A stretch of DNA of 63,407 bases, filler included, from Octopus bimaculoides (taxonomy: Eukaryota), in the NCBI RefSeq assembly GCF_001194135.2. It is 8 parts of 7 records of this genome, joined end to end, with 100 filler letters (N's around TTAATTAATTAA, not from the genome) between each part and the next. Parts side by side here need not be neighbours in the genome. Positions count along the whole stretch, not along the records: positions 1 to 23,814 come from NC_068986.1; 7 more parts are not named here. One strand, given 5' to 3'. Shown here in pieces: positions 1 through 11,214 of the stretch. Within the stretch, counting starts at the first letter, position 1; each line of letters starts with the position of its first letter. Under the pieces are notes generated by a model, which did not search any database, had not been told where the DNA came from, and was given only the letters and a program-made list of their open reading frames with translations. The translations under genes were made by a program, and so were the position numbers.

Positions 1-429
1 ATATATATATATATATATATAAAGAGAGAGAGAGGTGGGGACCAGTCAAGCAGCACATCACGCTGTAATTCTTGGGCTGAGAAATCAACACTTAAAAGCC
101 ATAATTTTAAGGAGCGATAAGAATTTTTGAATAAAGGAAAATGGGTAGGGGTGGGTAGGTACCGTCAGCGAGTAGATAGGGCTCTTAATTGTAGATTTTA
201 AATATTTGAGAGACAACAATGCATAAATCGTAATTTTTATGCATAGGAATAGCTAACAGGAAGAACACACAAGAAATGAAGTTTCAGTATTGCCCAAAAG
301 CATATTAAAAGTAATTGATAATACCTATTACTTACACAAGCAGTTCTCAAACACATTTCGGTATAGAATCCATTATACAATTTTCTAAAAATCACAGAAC
401 CCACACCTACCACTCTAAATTTAATAAAA

Positions 430-725
430 CTCACAGCCTTACAGCAAATGTATTGCCCACAAAACCTTTACAGTGCCTGTCCTCATGCTTACATTTGGCC
501 TTCTGAACTGGTCACTACAAGAACTCGACGAGATAGATGTTTGAACTCACACACTGCTCAGTGTTACAGGAAACTTCAATATTAATGGAGCTGTAGACAG
601 GTTATACATCCCAGGTAAGGATGGTGGCTGTGGTCTCAAATCTGTACTGATCTCATATGAAGCATGTATTGTGACACTGAAGCAGCTGCAGCAGAGGAAA
701 GAGATCAGTAACTATCTTAAAACAG
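430..725 (+). mobile_element. R4/Dong-clade LINE RT C-terminal remnant
   Basis: Translation ...FTVPVLMLTFGLLNWS...VDRLYIPGKDGGCGL..., resembling the DRLYLPRKEGGRGL motif; contains stops. Confidence 0.7.
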
Positions 726-729
726 CCTA

Positions 730-2490
730 GTCACTTGTCTAGTTAATCAGGTTGTACAGGAAGGTATCATACCCAATGATTGGTGTAGCAGCATCACAGT
801 CAACAGTTACAAGGGTAAAGGAGATGCCTTAGAAAGAATTAATTACAATGGTATCATATTATTGGACCAGGTTATGAAAGTCACTAAAAGAATCATAACT
901 TAGTTAATTAGAAAGAGAGTTAACCTAGATGAGGTGCAATTTGGTATCATACCAGGGAGAAACACTACTGATGCTCTCTTTATAGTTTGGCAACTGCAGG
1001 AGAAATATTTAGCAAAGAGTAAACTACTGGCCTGGAGAAAGACTTTGACAGAGTGCCTCAAGCCCTCATGTAGAGGTTGATGTGAAAGCTAGGAGTAGAT
1101 GAATGGCTAGTGAGAGCTGTTCAAGACATGTACAGGGATGCTGTCACCAAAGTGAGAGTTAACAATGAGTACAATAATGAATCTAGCGTGCAGGTAGGAG
1201 TTCATCAGAGTTCAGTTATCAATCTCCTCTTATTTATCACAGTCCTCCAAGCCACAAGAGAGGAACTTAAGACTGGTTGCTCATAGGAACTCCTCTATGC
1301 TGATGACCTTGTCCTTATAGCTGAAACTGTAGGTGAATTAGAATTAAGATTCCAAGTGAGAACTAAACCCAGAACCAAAGGGTCTTAAAGTTATCTTAGC
1401 AAAGACCAAAGTTCTAGTTAGCAAGAAAACAGACAGGACACTAATCCCTTTGGGAAAATGATCCTGCTCCATTTGCAGACAAGGTGTTGGTAGAAATTTC
1501 ATATGGTGTACTCAGTGCAGACTATAGACACATAAGAGGTACAGTGAAATCACAGGAAGGTTAACAAAAAGAATTTGTTTGTGGCAGATGTGCAGGAGAT
1601 ATTAAGAACACATGGGAAATAGATATTCTGCAATGCCAAGGAGGCTCTCTAGAAGTAGTAGATAACTTCTATTGTCTAGGTGATATAATTAGCAGTGGAG
1701 GAAGTTGCTCTGAAAGTTGTAGGAAATTGGTTATACACCATTAGGTGTACACCCAATTTCCTATATTAAATTAGAATGAACGGAACGCAGAACTCCAAAC
1801 TATCAACTCAACAATATTTATTTAAGGTGGAAAATGTACAGCTTTACTCTTGGTTGTTGAGACGCCTTCTGTGTGTGAGAACATGGTTGTTGAGACGTTG
1901 GTATGTTGATGTGAGCTGTCTAGCGTGAGTTCGAAAGATGGAGAGAGACAGCTAGACACGTCCTTGCTCAATCGCTGGCCAGTCGAGAAAGAGACAGAAT
2001 GAAGCGGGAAATGCTTGGATGTTGAATTCCACGCATGCGTGAGACTACGCATGCACACGGCGTTACTACAAAGTATTGTTGCTAGAATAAGAATTGGCAG
2101 GAGAAAGTTCAGAGAACTTTTACCTCTGTTGGTAACAAAAGGCATCTCTCTTGGAATGAAAGGCAGATTGTATGATACCTGTTTACAAATAGCAATTTTA
2201 CATGTTTGTGAAACTTGGGTTGTGGAAGTAGAGGGCATGTGAAGACTGAACAGAAGTGAAACTAGCATGCTCTAATGGATATGCATGTGCAATAAAGCAC
2301 AAATGTGCTGAGAGAAAAATTGGGCATAAGAGGTATCAAATGTGTGAAGGAGAGAAAACTGTGCTGGTATGGTCATGTGATGCAGATGAATGAGGACAGC
2401 TGTACAAAGAAGAGTTGATCACTAAATGTGGAAGAAATCTGAAGAAGAAACCCTGGAAAGACATCTCAACAGAATTGAGGTTCTGACAAA
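730..2490 (+). mobile_element. RTE-clade LINE RT remnant, interrupted by a solo LTR
   Basis: Degenerate RT motifs (LEKxFDRV, GVHQxSV, ELLYADDLVL) and C-terminal RIRIGRRKFRELLPLLVTKGISLGMKGRLYD; frameshifted. Confidence 0.85.
1718..2070. mobile_element. Solo LTR, 353 bp
   Basis: Starts TGTAG, ends CTACA, flanked by a 4-bp duplication AAGT (1714-1717, 2071-2074). It splits a contiguous RTE sequence (gaaagt / attgttgctag). Confidence 0.8.
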
Positions 2491-4023
2491 CCTTGCCCCA
2501 CAACTCATCCTCTAACATCCACTCTACCCCCAATCTTCTATGTTACCCTATTTCCTTCACTTTCACCTCTACTGGATGGATTTCTTTTGCATCCAACTCA
2601 TTCCTTATCTCTAAATCATCTGTCATGCTATTTTCATTCAGTGCATTGAATATTTTTGCATCCAGCTATCCTATTCTGTTTCCTATTCACCTTGTACCTA
2701 GATCTCACATTTCTCTCTCTCTCTCTCTCTCTCTCTCCAGGTGAGTAGCCTTGTATTCACCTTTTCAGCAAGACACCTGCTCCCCTGTCATGGTTTCTTA
2801 TTCCTCCATTCTATACTCCAAACGGTCTTATCTTGCAGGTACTTGATGAACTTACTTAGAGGTTTAGTACTTTAAAAGCATAGTAGTCAGAATAAGGATG
2901 AAAAAAGTCCAGGGAGCTATTATTTACTAGAAATAACAGCCAAATCTCCATTAGAGCATATATTTACTGTCCTTAAAGAGAAAGGACACATCAGATAATG
3001 TAGAACTAGATACCGTAATAAAGATTGAATGGTTATAATTGAAATGCTTTGATCATAGGTCTAACAAAAGCAAACAACAAAAATAATCATGAAGCTATTG
3101 TAATAGCAAAGCATAATGCACAACTTAGTACATGCATAGCAAATGTAAATGACTAACACAAGATTTGAGTCAAGCAATAATTAATGAAAAGCTGTCACAA
3201 CAGCATTCTAATAATCCTTGCCCACAATAAAAAAAACGCAATATCAACAATCACTGAAATCAATGAAAACAAAAAACTCAGAAGGTTTGACAAATTGATG
3301 GACTTTCTAGGTCCATCAATATGTCAAAAACTTCTTAGGGTCATTGTTAAAAAAAAAACAAAGATAAAGTGTGAGATGGAATGATCTAGAATGATGCTGA
3401 ATTTGTCTTGACTCAAAGCAGTTTGAAAATTTACTCTACTTTATGGAGAGATTATGGTTCAAATTGACATCAATTGAGATGCAAGTTTAGTTGGTTAAAT
3501 CTGTGCAACAAAGAAGCCACCAAAATTTCTTGTCTTCCCACTTTACCTGTGTTCTGACAAAACCACAGATCAAATAAAGAAAATGTATTTATTAAAAATT
3601 ACAAACTATCATTGACTGAACTATATAACATATTGAATAGAGAGACTACCCAATTGTAGCTCATATTCTCACACACAAACATACAGACATGTTACTCTAA
3701 CAATCTGTTGTTCATATTATCACAAGACATATTCACTGAGTTAACACAACCTTGACTTTTGGCATAATTATTGTTATACTGTCATGTAACCTAATATATA
3801 GACATAACACGCTATTATTACCCATGCCATTATATGATGCATTCACTGGCCTAATACAGACTTAACTTTTGACATAACTATCATTTATACATCTTCTGAT
3901 CAACTTCAACCAACCAAACTGTACTTCAACATCACCATTGTTTTTATTTCTCCTATTCCATACTGGTGGTATGGGTTGGATGGGACTGTTTTATTTGTAA
4001 TGCCATCCAACCCATACCAACAT

Positions 4024-4210
4024 CAGGGGCATATATTCTGGGTGTGCTAGGTGTGTGCTGCACACCTATCGAAAATGGCAAATTCATTATAAATATTAAC
4101 CTTACTCATTAACTTAATCACAAATCTTAATGGAAAACTTTTATTTGCTTGAAATTTGGTGGCATTGGGTGAGGCAGCACACCCACTACAACAACCACCA
4201 TATGCTACTG
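4024..4210. mobile_element. hAT-type MITE
   Basis: Imperfect TIRs CAGGGGCATAT...ATATGCTACTG and a perfect 8-bp target duplication ACCAACAT (4016-4023, 4211-4218). Confidence 0.8.
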
Positions 4211-4446
4211 ACCAACATGTATTTTATGGTCAGTTGCTCTTCCTGATGCAATCCTTTTAGTTGTCTCTTATGACATGCAGAAATACATCTCAGAATTANN
4301 NNNNNNNNNNNNNNNNNNNNNNNNNNNNNNNNNNNNNNNNNNNNNNNNCAAACATACACATTTACATATGAAATATATATTTTATTTGCATTCTTAAGAT
4401 TTGATTTTTATTGAATTTCAAAAGAAACACACAATAATATACTTAC

Positions 4447-4563
4447 GCCTTTTTCTATGGCTTCATCGGTGTATTCCTTCAATCGGTTTTTTATTTCAAC
4501 ATCAGATATTCTGGAAAGTGCTTTTGTTAGAACATTTGGTGGGATTCCTGCTTGTTCACCAAC
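4447..4563 (-). CDS. GSTK1: GST kappa internal exon (VGEQAGIPPNVLTKALSRISDVEIKNRLKEYTDEAIEKG)
   Basis: ctatttag| ... |gtaagt; 117 nt, phase 0 to 0. Matches AEKAG...KVKNQLKETTEAACRYG. The following AFG...FGSDR exon was not found and probably lies left of the window. Confidence 0.93.
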
Positions 4564-4679
4564 CTAAATAGAATTCAGTAGTAGAAACAATAAGTGTTGA
4601 AGAATGAAACATTTGGTAAATTCCTGTTTAATTCAGTAATCAAAACTATAACAATATCATCATCATCATCATAATAATA

Positions 4680-4960
4680 ATCATCATTGTTTAATGTCCG
4701 TTTTCCATGCTGGCATGGGTTGAATGGTTTGACTGATGTCTGGAGAGCCAGCGGCTGCACCAGGCTCCAATCTGATCCGAGAATGTAGTGGGTGCTTTAT
4801 ACATGCTACTGGCACAGGAACCAGTCAGGCTCGCCTGGCATCAATCACATTCGGATGGTGCTTTTTACTTGCTACCAGCACAAGAGCCAGTCTGGGGGTA
4901 CTGGCATCGGCCACGATTGGTTGATGCTTTTTTACGTACCACCAGCACGGGAGCCAGTTA
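4680..4960 (-). mobile_element. RTE LINE 3' end with (GAT)n tail
   Basis: tttaatgtccgttttccatgctggcatgggttgaatg... after a (TCA)n tract; same family as 9794-10520 and 61560-62820. Confidence 0.75.
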
Positions 4961-5309
4961 GGCAGACCTAGAAGAACGAAATGATTTTAGAGATAACTGA
5001 AATCTGACAAGCAATAAACTTTTGTAAAGTTGCTTTTCAGACATAACCAAATATATAGTTTAGTATCATTAAATATATTTTTAATGCCTAATCCACATAT
5101 CAAACAAATGAGGATTTTTTGTTTACGTAGTCAGCACTTAATGTATTCGGCTGAATGGACATCAGTCATTGGTTGAAATTACAGAAATACGACAACTTTA
5201 ACATGAAATAACTTGCGATGTATGTTTTTTTGTTAAGAAAACTAAGAGAAAAAGATGTTTTATATGACACATTCTACCAGTGTCCCAAGTTTCAAAGTTT
5301 TTCGTTAAG

Positions 5310-6132
5310 ATCCAAATATAGCCAATAAACACAATGCCTTTTGCATCTCAAAAAACTCAGGTTATCACCTTTCCTGCAGATGAAATGACCTTGACTTTCA
5401 TTGGAGCAGGTGAGGAGGGGTGTTTCCACTGAATGGAGTGTCTCTTTGTTTCTGGATCAAAGTGATGAACCCAACACTTATTCTGGGTTAGGAAACATTC
5501 AAGGAAACCAGCTGCATCTGTCTCAAACGATGTGAGATTTTTCTGTGATGTGATCAACCTCGTACACTTTTGATCAGGTGTCAAAAGATGTGGTACCCAC
5601 CGAGCAGAAACCTTCATCATGCCAAATTCATTGTGCAGAATATTCTCAACTCCCTCAGGGGACATGCTAATAGCATTGGCTATTTGATTTATAGTCAATC
5701 ACCTACCATTCATTATCATGTAGTGAACACGATCAATGTTTTCCTCGGTGGTGGCAGTTGCAGGACGTCCAGACCTAGGATCATCAAGACTCTCCCTTAC
5801 CTTCACAAATTCAGCTACCCACTTATACACTGTTGATAAAGCTGGAGCATAATCCCCTAACATAGCAACCATGTCAGCATGAATGTCCTTGGGGGATAAG
5901 CCCTTTTTCTGCAAGTACTTGATCACTTCATAATGCCAAATTTTGTCCATTTGCAAGAGAAATCACTACTAGTTACTTCTGAAGTCTTCTTTGAACAGTC
6001 AGATGTCAGTTTACAAAGAAAGAAACATTGAATTTATTAAGAAGAAAAGTTGAAATTAATGCATGCACGATTTCACAGTCCTAGCATCACTCCTTCATAG
6101 TCAGCCGATGAACTTTTTGGTCCACCTTCATA
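5310..6132 (-). mobile_element. Mariner transposon, 5' half, frameshifted and truncated
   Basis: ORFs give the HTH region (VIKYLQKKGLSPKDIHADM...PRSGRP), WVPHLL, HHFDPETKR and AGKV; TIR-like TATGAAGGTGGACC at 6132. Confidence 0.9.
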
Positions 6133-6279
6133 TCTCCAACAGGCCAATCGCTAGTTCATTGCATTTCTGGTTGTAATAGTGAACAGGAAAGGCCAACATT
6201 CTGGGAAGGAAGGACTGGACATAGGAATTAGTACACAACATAGGGAGTTGAACACAAGAAGGAGGATGAAGGAAGGAGA

Positions 6280-6970
6280 GACAAATGGGATGGCAATGCT
6301 TGAGTGGAGTGATTATTGCAGGGCCTGGGGTTGGAAACAACAAGGAAAGGGAGAGGAGAGATGATCAGAATGGAAATGCCTGAGTGGAGGTGCATGAGCT
6401 CAGCTAGCTCCAAGGAGAAAAGGCTATTATAGTAGTTATAGAAAAGGCAGAGAGAGGATAACACATCTGTGGGTCAGAGGCTGGAATATATCTGATTGAC
6501 TTTATGCCAATCAATCAAATAGATCTTTACTGGATTCAGTTGAGGTTGCATGCAGCAACAACACTGTCCTCAATGTGACAGTAAAACTCCATTGTGGGCC
6601 TCATCTGAGTTTTGTAGAATATCAGTATTTATTTGGAGGAGTTCTTAGAGATATTTGAAGTGAATGCAATAGGGCAAAGGCTAGCAGAGTCAGAATAGTA
6701 TCTGGAAGAGTCAGAGCAGTTGCTTTTCTTGGGAATGAGATACCTTGTAGTGTGTTTCCAAAGATCAGGTTGGATCCATGTAGAGAGGGAGAAGATTGAA
6801 AAGTTTGGTGAGTACAGGGGCTAGCTTTGAGGTGTAGTATCTGAAGGTAATACAAGGGACATCAGCAGGAATAGTGACCATGTGTTGTTTGAAGTGACCA
6901 AAAGTACTTTCACATTTGGCATATGCATAAGCAAGGTTGTGGGCCTGTAGGAGTGGAAGGAGACAGGGAA
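6280..6970 (-). mobile_element. CR1/L2/Jockey-like LINE RT remnant
   Basis: Degenerate translations such as KLAPVLTKLF, YKTQMRPTMEF and SLCLFYNYYNSLFSLELAELM. Confidence 0.6.
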
Positions 6971-7189
6971 TCAGATGGATTCAATGCTTGAATATGATGC
7001 TTGCAATGGAGCAAATTCTGCTAGGGGTTATATGGTGGTGTCAAACCAAGCATTACGTCATGTGCTTGTCACTAAAAAAAATTAAAACAATAAAGTTAAC
7101 AGTTATTGTAGGTTTAGTACCTATTACAACATTCCACTGCAAATCTTATCACATAAGTGGATTTTGAAAACACAAGTAGGTGTACTTAC

Positions 7190-7225
7190 CTCTTGAAAAC
7201 TTTTGATTTCTGTAATGTCTTTATC
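7190..7225 (-). CDS. GSTK1: GST kappa 36-nt exon (DKDITEIKSFQE)
   Basis: attacag| ... |gtaagt; phase 0 to 0. Matches the NEDITEPQSILA segment of GSTK1. Confidence 0.9.
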
Positions 7226-7513
7226 CTGTAATAATTAATGGAAAATACTTATGGAAATGAAAAATAATTATCCTCTTTCCTGAGGATTTAGAGTTGCGCA
7301 TTAGGGATGCAAGGGAAGTTTACAGGCACAGATATGAGCCCCTAAGCACTGTAAACAATAAGCTCATTAATATTATAAAATTTGCTTTGTGACCACATGG
7401 TTTAGGGTCCACTCCACTCAAGACACCTTGAACAAGAGTCTTCAACTTATAATAATTAATGCCTTAAGAGTGAAATTGAGAGGCAGAAACTATTGTATGG
7501 AAATTTGTTATGT

Positions 7514-7552
<39 letters not shown>

Positions 7553-8546
7553 CGCGTGTGTGTGCATGTGTGCGTGTGTGTGTGTGTGTGCGTGTGTGTG
7601 TGAATGCTAATTTCTGCATGACTTCACCATGAGCAATGGTGATAGTTTGTTTACATCTCCTGCATATTATACATACTGCACCTCAGTGGTTTTGACATGT
7701 GAAGATAAGTGGAATACCATAGTTGGAGGCAGTGGTGGTGGCATCATCATCATCATCATCTCCACCGCTGCCATCATTTAGCATCGATATTCCATGCTGA
7801 ATGGGTGGGGTGACTTGACAGGATCTGACTGGTCAGAGGACATATCAAGCAGCAGTGCCTGTTATGGCATGGTTTCTATGGATAGAAGCCCTTTCTAAAG
7901 TCAACTACTTTACAGAGTGTACTGGGTGCTAAAAAAGTTAAAGGTCGGTAGCATGAAAGGCATATGACCATAGAATGCTGTCTGAAATTGATCTTGTCCA
8001 ACCTATGCCAACATGGAAAAAGTAGCTGTAATGATAATCATGACGGGCTGGAAAAATCAAACAAAAATCTTTATTTCACTATAGTTTGAGCATTAATTGA
8101 GTAGTTCCATTTTGAAATTTAACTAAAAAAAATTATCAGACACAACATACAACCTAACAAAGCATACATCAATGATGGAGACTCTACATTGTCATTTGGC
8201 TGGCTTTTTAGCAGGTCAAATGACAATTTGGAGGAGAATTGACTGTTCTTTTTAGGGTGACTAAATCTTCACAAAATCACACTCTGTCCTTTTTTATAAG
8301 GGCAGAATATATTAAATTGTTTAGTCCTACAGGACAACCAAAATACAGGATAGTTATGACTGCAACGACTTTCATCACATCAGCTTGATTAAGGTGAACA
8401 TGGGACAAAATAACAACATAACAAACCAGAAAGTAAACAATATAAAAGAAAAAAAGATTGCCATTTTAATAAATTTTGTTTCAAATCATGTAATCACTAA
8501 ACTCTATGGAAGCTTAAAAACATAATGACAAGAGAAGATACCAACA

Positions 8547-8712
8547 GGCACAAGTGTGATTGTGTGGTAAGAAGCTTGCTTTCGAACCACATAGTTCTGG
8601 GTTCAGTCCCATTGTGTGGCATCTTGGGCAAGTGTCTTCTACTATAGCCTTGGGTCAACCAAAGCCTTGTGAGTGGATTTGGTAGATGGAAACTGAAAGA
8701 AACCCACTATAT
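8547..8712 (+). mobile_element. tRNA-derived SINE, family B (gtggtaagtagcttgc...ggcaccttgggcaag)
   Basis: A/B-box-like head; many copies in the window. Confidence 0.8.
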
Positions 8713-8729
8713 ATGTATATATATGGCCC

Positions 8730-9970
8730 TGCTCAGTATGTAGAAAAGGAGTAGGTAGTAACTCTATAAGATGTACCCGGTGCAAGCTATGGACACATAA
8801 GAGGTGCAGCAACATCAAAGGCAGGTTAACTAGCAAGTTAGTTTTTGTTTGTGGCAGATGTTCAGGTGCAATAAAGACTGTAAACAAACAGGAAACAACT
8901 TCTATCTCATTCCAGGGTGAAAAACTAGAGGTAGTCGATAGCTTCCGCTATCTGGGCGACCAAGTTAGTAGTGGGGGTGGGTGCGCTGAAAGTGTAGCTG
9001 CTAGAATAAGAATAGCCTGGGCAAAGTTTAGAGAGCTCTTACCCCTGCTGGCGACAAAGGGACTCTCACTCAGAGTAAAAGGCAGACTGTATGACGCATG
9101 CNNNNNNNNNNNNNNNNNNNNNNNNNNNNNNNNNNNNNNNNNNNNNNNNNNNNNNNNNNNNNNNNNNNNNNNNNNNNNNNNNNNNNNNNNNNNNNNNNNN
9201 NNNNNNNNNNNNNNNNNNNNNNNNNNNNNNNNNNNNNNNNNNNNNNNNNNNNNNNNNNNNNNNNNNNNNNNNNNNNNNNNNNNNNNNNNNNNNNNNNNNN
9301 NNNNNNNNNNNNNNNNNNNNNNNNNNNNNNNNNNNNNNNNNNNNNNNNNNNNNNNNNNNNNNNNNNNNNNNNNNNNNNNNNNNNNNNNNNNNNNNNNNNN
9401 NNNNNNNNNNNNNNNNNNNNNNNNNNNNNNNNNNNNNNNNNNNNNNNNNNNNNNNNNNNNNNNNNNNNNNNNNNNNNNNNNNNNNNNNNNNNNNNNNNNN
9501 NNNNNNNNNNNNNNNNNNNNNNNNNNNNNNNNNNNNNNNNNNNNNNNNNNNNNNNNNNNNNNNNNNNNNNNNNNNNNNNNNNNNNNNNNNNNNNNNNNNN
9601 NNNNNNNNNNNNNNNNNNNNNNNNNNNNNNNNNNNNNNNNNNNNNNNNNNNNNNNNNNNNNNNNNNNNNNNNNNNNNNNNNNNNNNNNNNNNNNNNNNNN
9701 NNNNNNNNNNNNNNNNNNNNNNNNNNNNNNNNNNNNNNNNNNNNNNNNNNNNNNNNNNNNNNNNNNNNNNNNNNNNNNNNNNNNNNNNNNNNNCATGTAA
9801 AAGCACCCACTACACTCTCGGAGTGGTTGGCGTTAGGAAGGGCATCCGGCTGTAGAAACTCTGCCAGATCAAGTTGGAGCCTTGTGCAGCCATCTGGTTT
9901 GCCAGTCCGCAGTCAAATCATCCAATCTATGCTAGCATGGAAAGTGGACGTTAAAAGATGATAATGATAT
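8730..9970 (+). mobile_element. RTE LINE 3' portion spanning an N gap
   Basis: Before the gap: FRYLGDQVSSGGGCAESVAARIRIAWAKFRELLPLL. After the gap: RTE 3' UTR and GAT tail. Confidence 0.85.
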
Positions 9971-9972
9971 AT

Positions 9973-10520
9973 ATATCATTATCATCTTTTAACGTCCACT
10001 TTCCATGCTAGCATAGATTGGATGATTTGACTGCGGACTGGCAAACCAGATGGCTGCACCAGGCTCCAACTTGATCTGGCAGAGTTTCTACAGCCGGATG
10101 CCCTTCCTAACGCCAACCACTCCGAGAGTGTAGTGGGTGCTTTTACATGCCACCGGCACGAGGGCCAGTCTGGCGGTACTGGCAATAGCCATGCTTAAAT
10201 GGTGTTTTTACGTGCCACCTGCACAGAAGTCAGTCCAGCGACACTGGCAACGACCTCGCTTGAATGTTTTGTTCACATGCCACCGGCACAAGTGCCAGTA
10301 AGGCGACGCTGGTAATGATCACGCTCAAATGGTGCTTTTTACGTGCTACCGGCATAGAAGCCAGACCGCTGCTCTGGCAGTGATCCCGCTCGGATGGTGC
10401 TGTTAGTGCTCCACTGGCACAGGTGCCAGTCATCGAATTTGGTTCAGTTACAATTTCACTTTGCCCAACAGGTCTTCGCAAGCAGAGTTTAGTGTCCAAT
10501 GAAGGAAGGTTGGCATGGGT
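9973..10520 (-). mobile_element. RTE LINE 3' UTR, tail-to-tail with the previous copy
   Basis: Reverse complement of the RTE 3' UTR seen at 61770-62820. Confidence 0.85.
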
Positions 10521-10882
10521 GCCAGTAAATGGAAATCAAACCAAATTCAACGACCGATTATTGTTGCTATCTTCTAGAAGCTGAGTAACCTGAGAGCAAA
10601 AAAGCAGTCATAACTTCCTATTTTATCTCACCTAAGAATGTGAAGTTTTTTGTTTTTATTTATTTATTTCTTTGTATCTTAAAAATTAAACTTCTACTCA
10701 ATTATTACCTATTTCCTACTGATCTAAATTAATATATAATCACAATTTTAAACCACTGTAGTCAGCCTTGCAGATACTCCAGCCTATTATGAAAAGTTGA
10801 TTTTCAATGTCAGTCAAATTATTTTTTATACTAGTAAATGATACACTTTCAGAATATCAATTAGTATATATACATAACGTAC

Positions 10883-11011
10883 CAGGCCATGTATTCTCAT
10901 CCACAATAACTGTGAAATATTTCCTGTAAATTTAGGCTCCATCATATCAATAGCTGTAATGAACCGTTGAGCATTTAATGAACCTTTACCAAACATTGTA
11001 GTAAATGGGTC
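10883..11011 (-). CDS. GSTK1: GST kappa internal exon (DPFTTMFGKGSLNAQRFITAIDMMEPKFTGNISQLLWMRIHGL)
   Basis: ttttacag| ... |gtacgt; 129 nt, phase 0 to 0; follows a 99-nt intron. Matches the KGSLSAMRFLTA...LWMRVW segment of GSTK1. Confidence 0.95.
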
Positions 11012-11110
11012 CTGTAAAATAAAAAAGAATAAAGGAAACAAATAAATGCTTTTGACAAATGAAATGCTCAGAATGTAATATAATCCTTATAAGCTGTTTA
11101 AATTACTTAC

Positions 11111-11214
11111 AGAGGGTAGCTTTAATGGCACATCAAAGTATTTACTCATTCTCTGTATATCCACAAACAAGTATTTGGCTTTTTCTGGTGAACCTAGAGC
11201 AGGTGGTTTATTAC
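11111..11214 (-). CDS. GSTK1: GST kappa internal exon ((G)NKPPALGSPEKAKYLFVDIQRMSKYFDVPLKLPS)
   Basis: ttacag| ... |gtaagt; 104 nt, phase 1 to 0, in frame with the previous exon. Contains the GNKPP motif typical of kappa-class GST. Confidence 0.95.

Noticed and set aside
2708-2746. Pyrimidine tract-CAG|GTGAGT resembling a recursive splice site
   Set aside because: Plus strand, antisense to GSTK1; the tract is just a (CT)n microsatellite.
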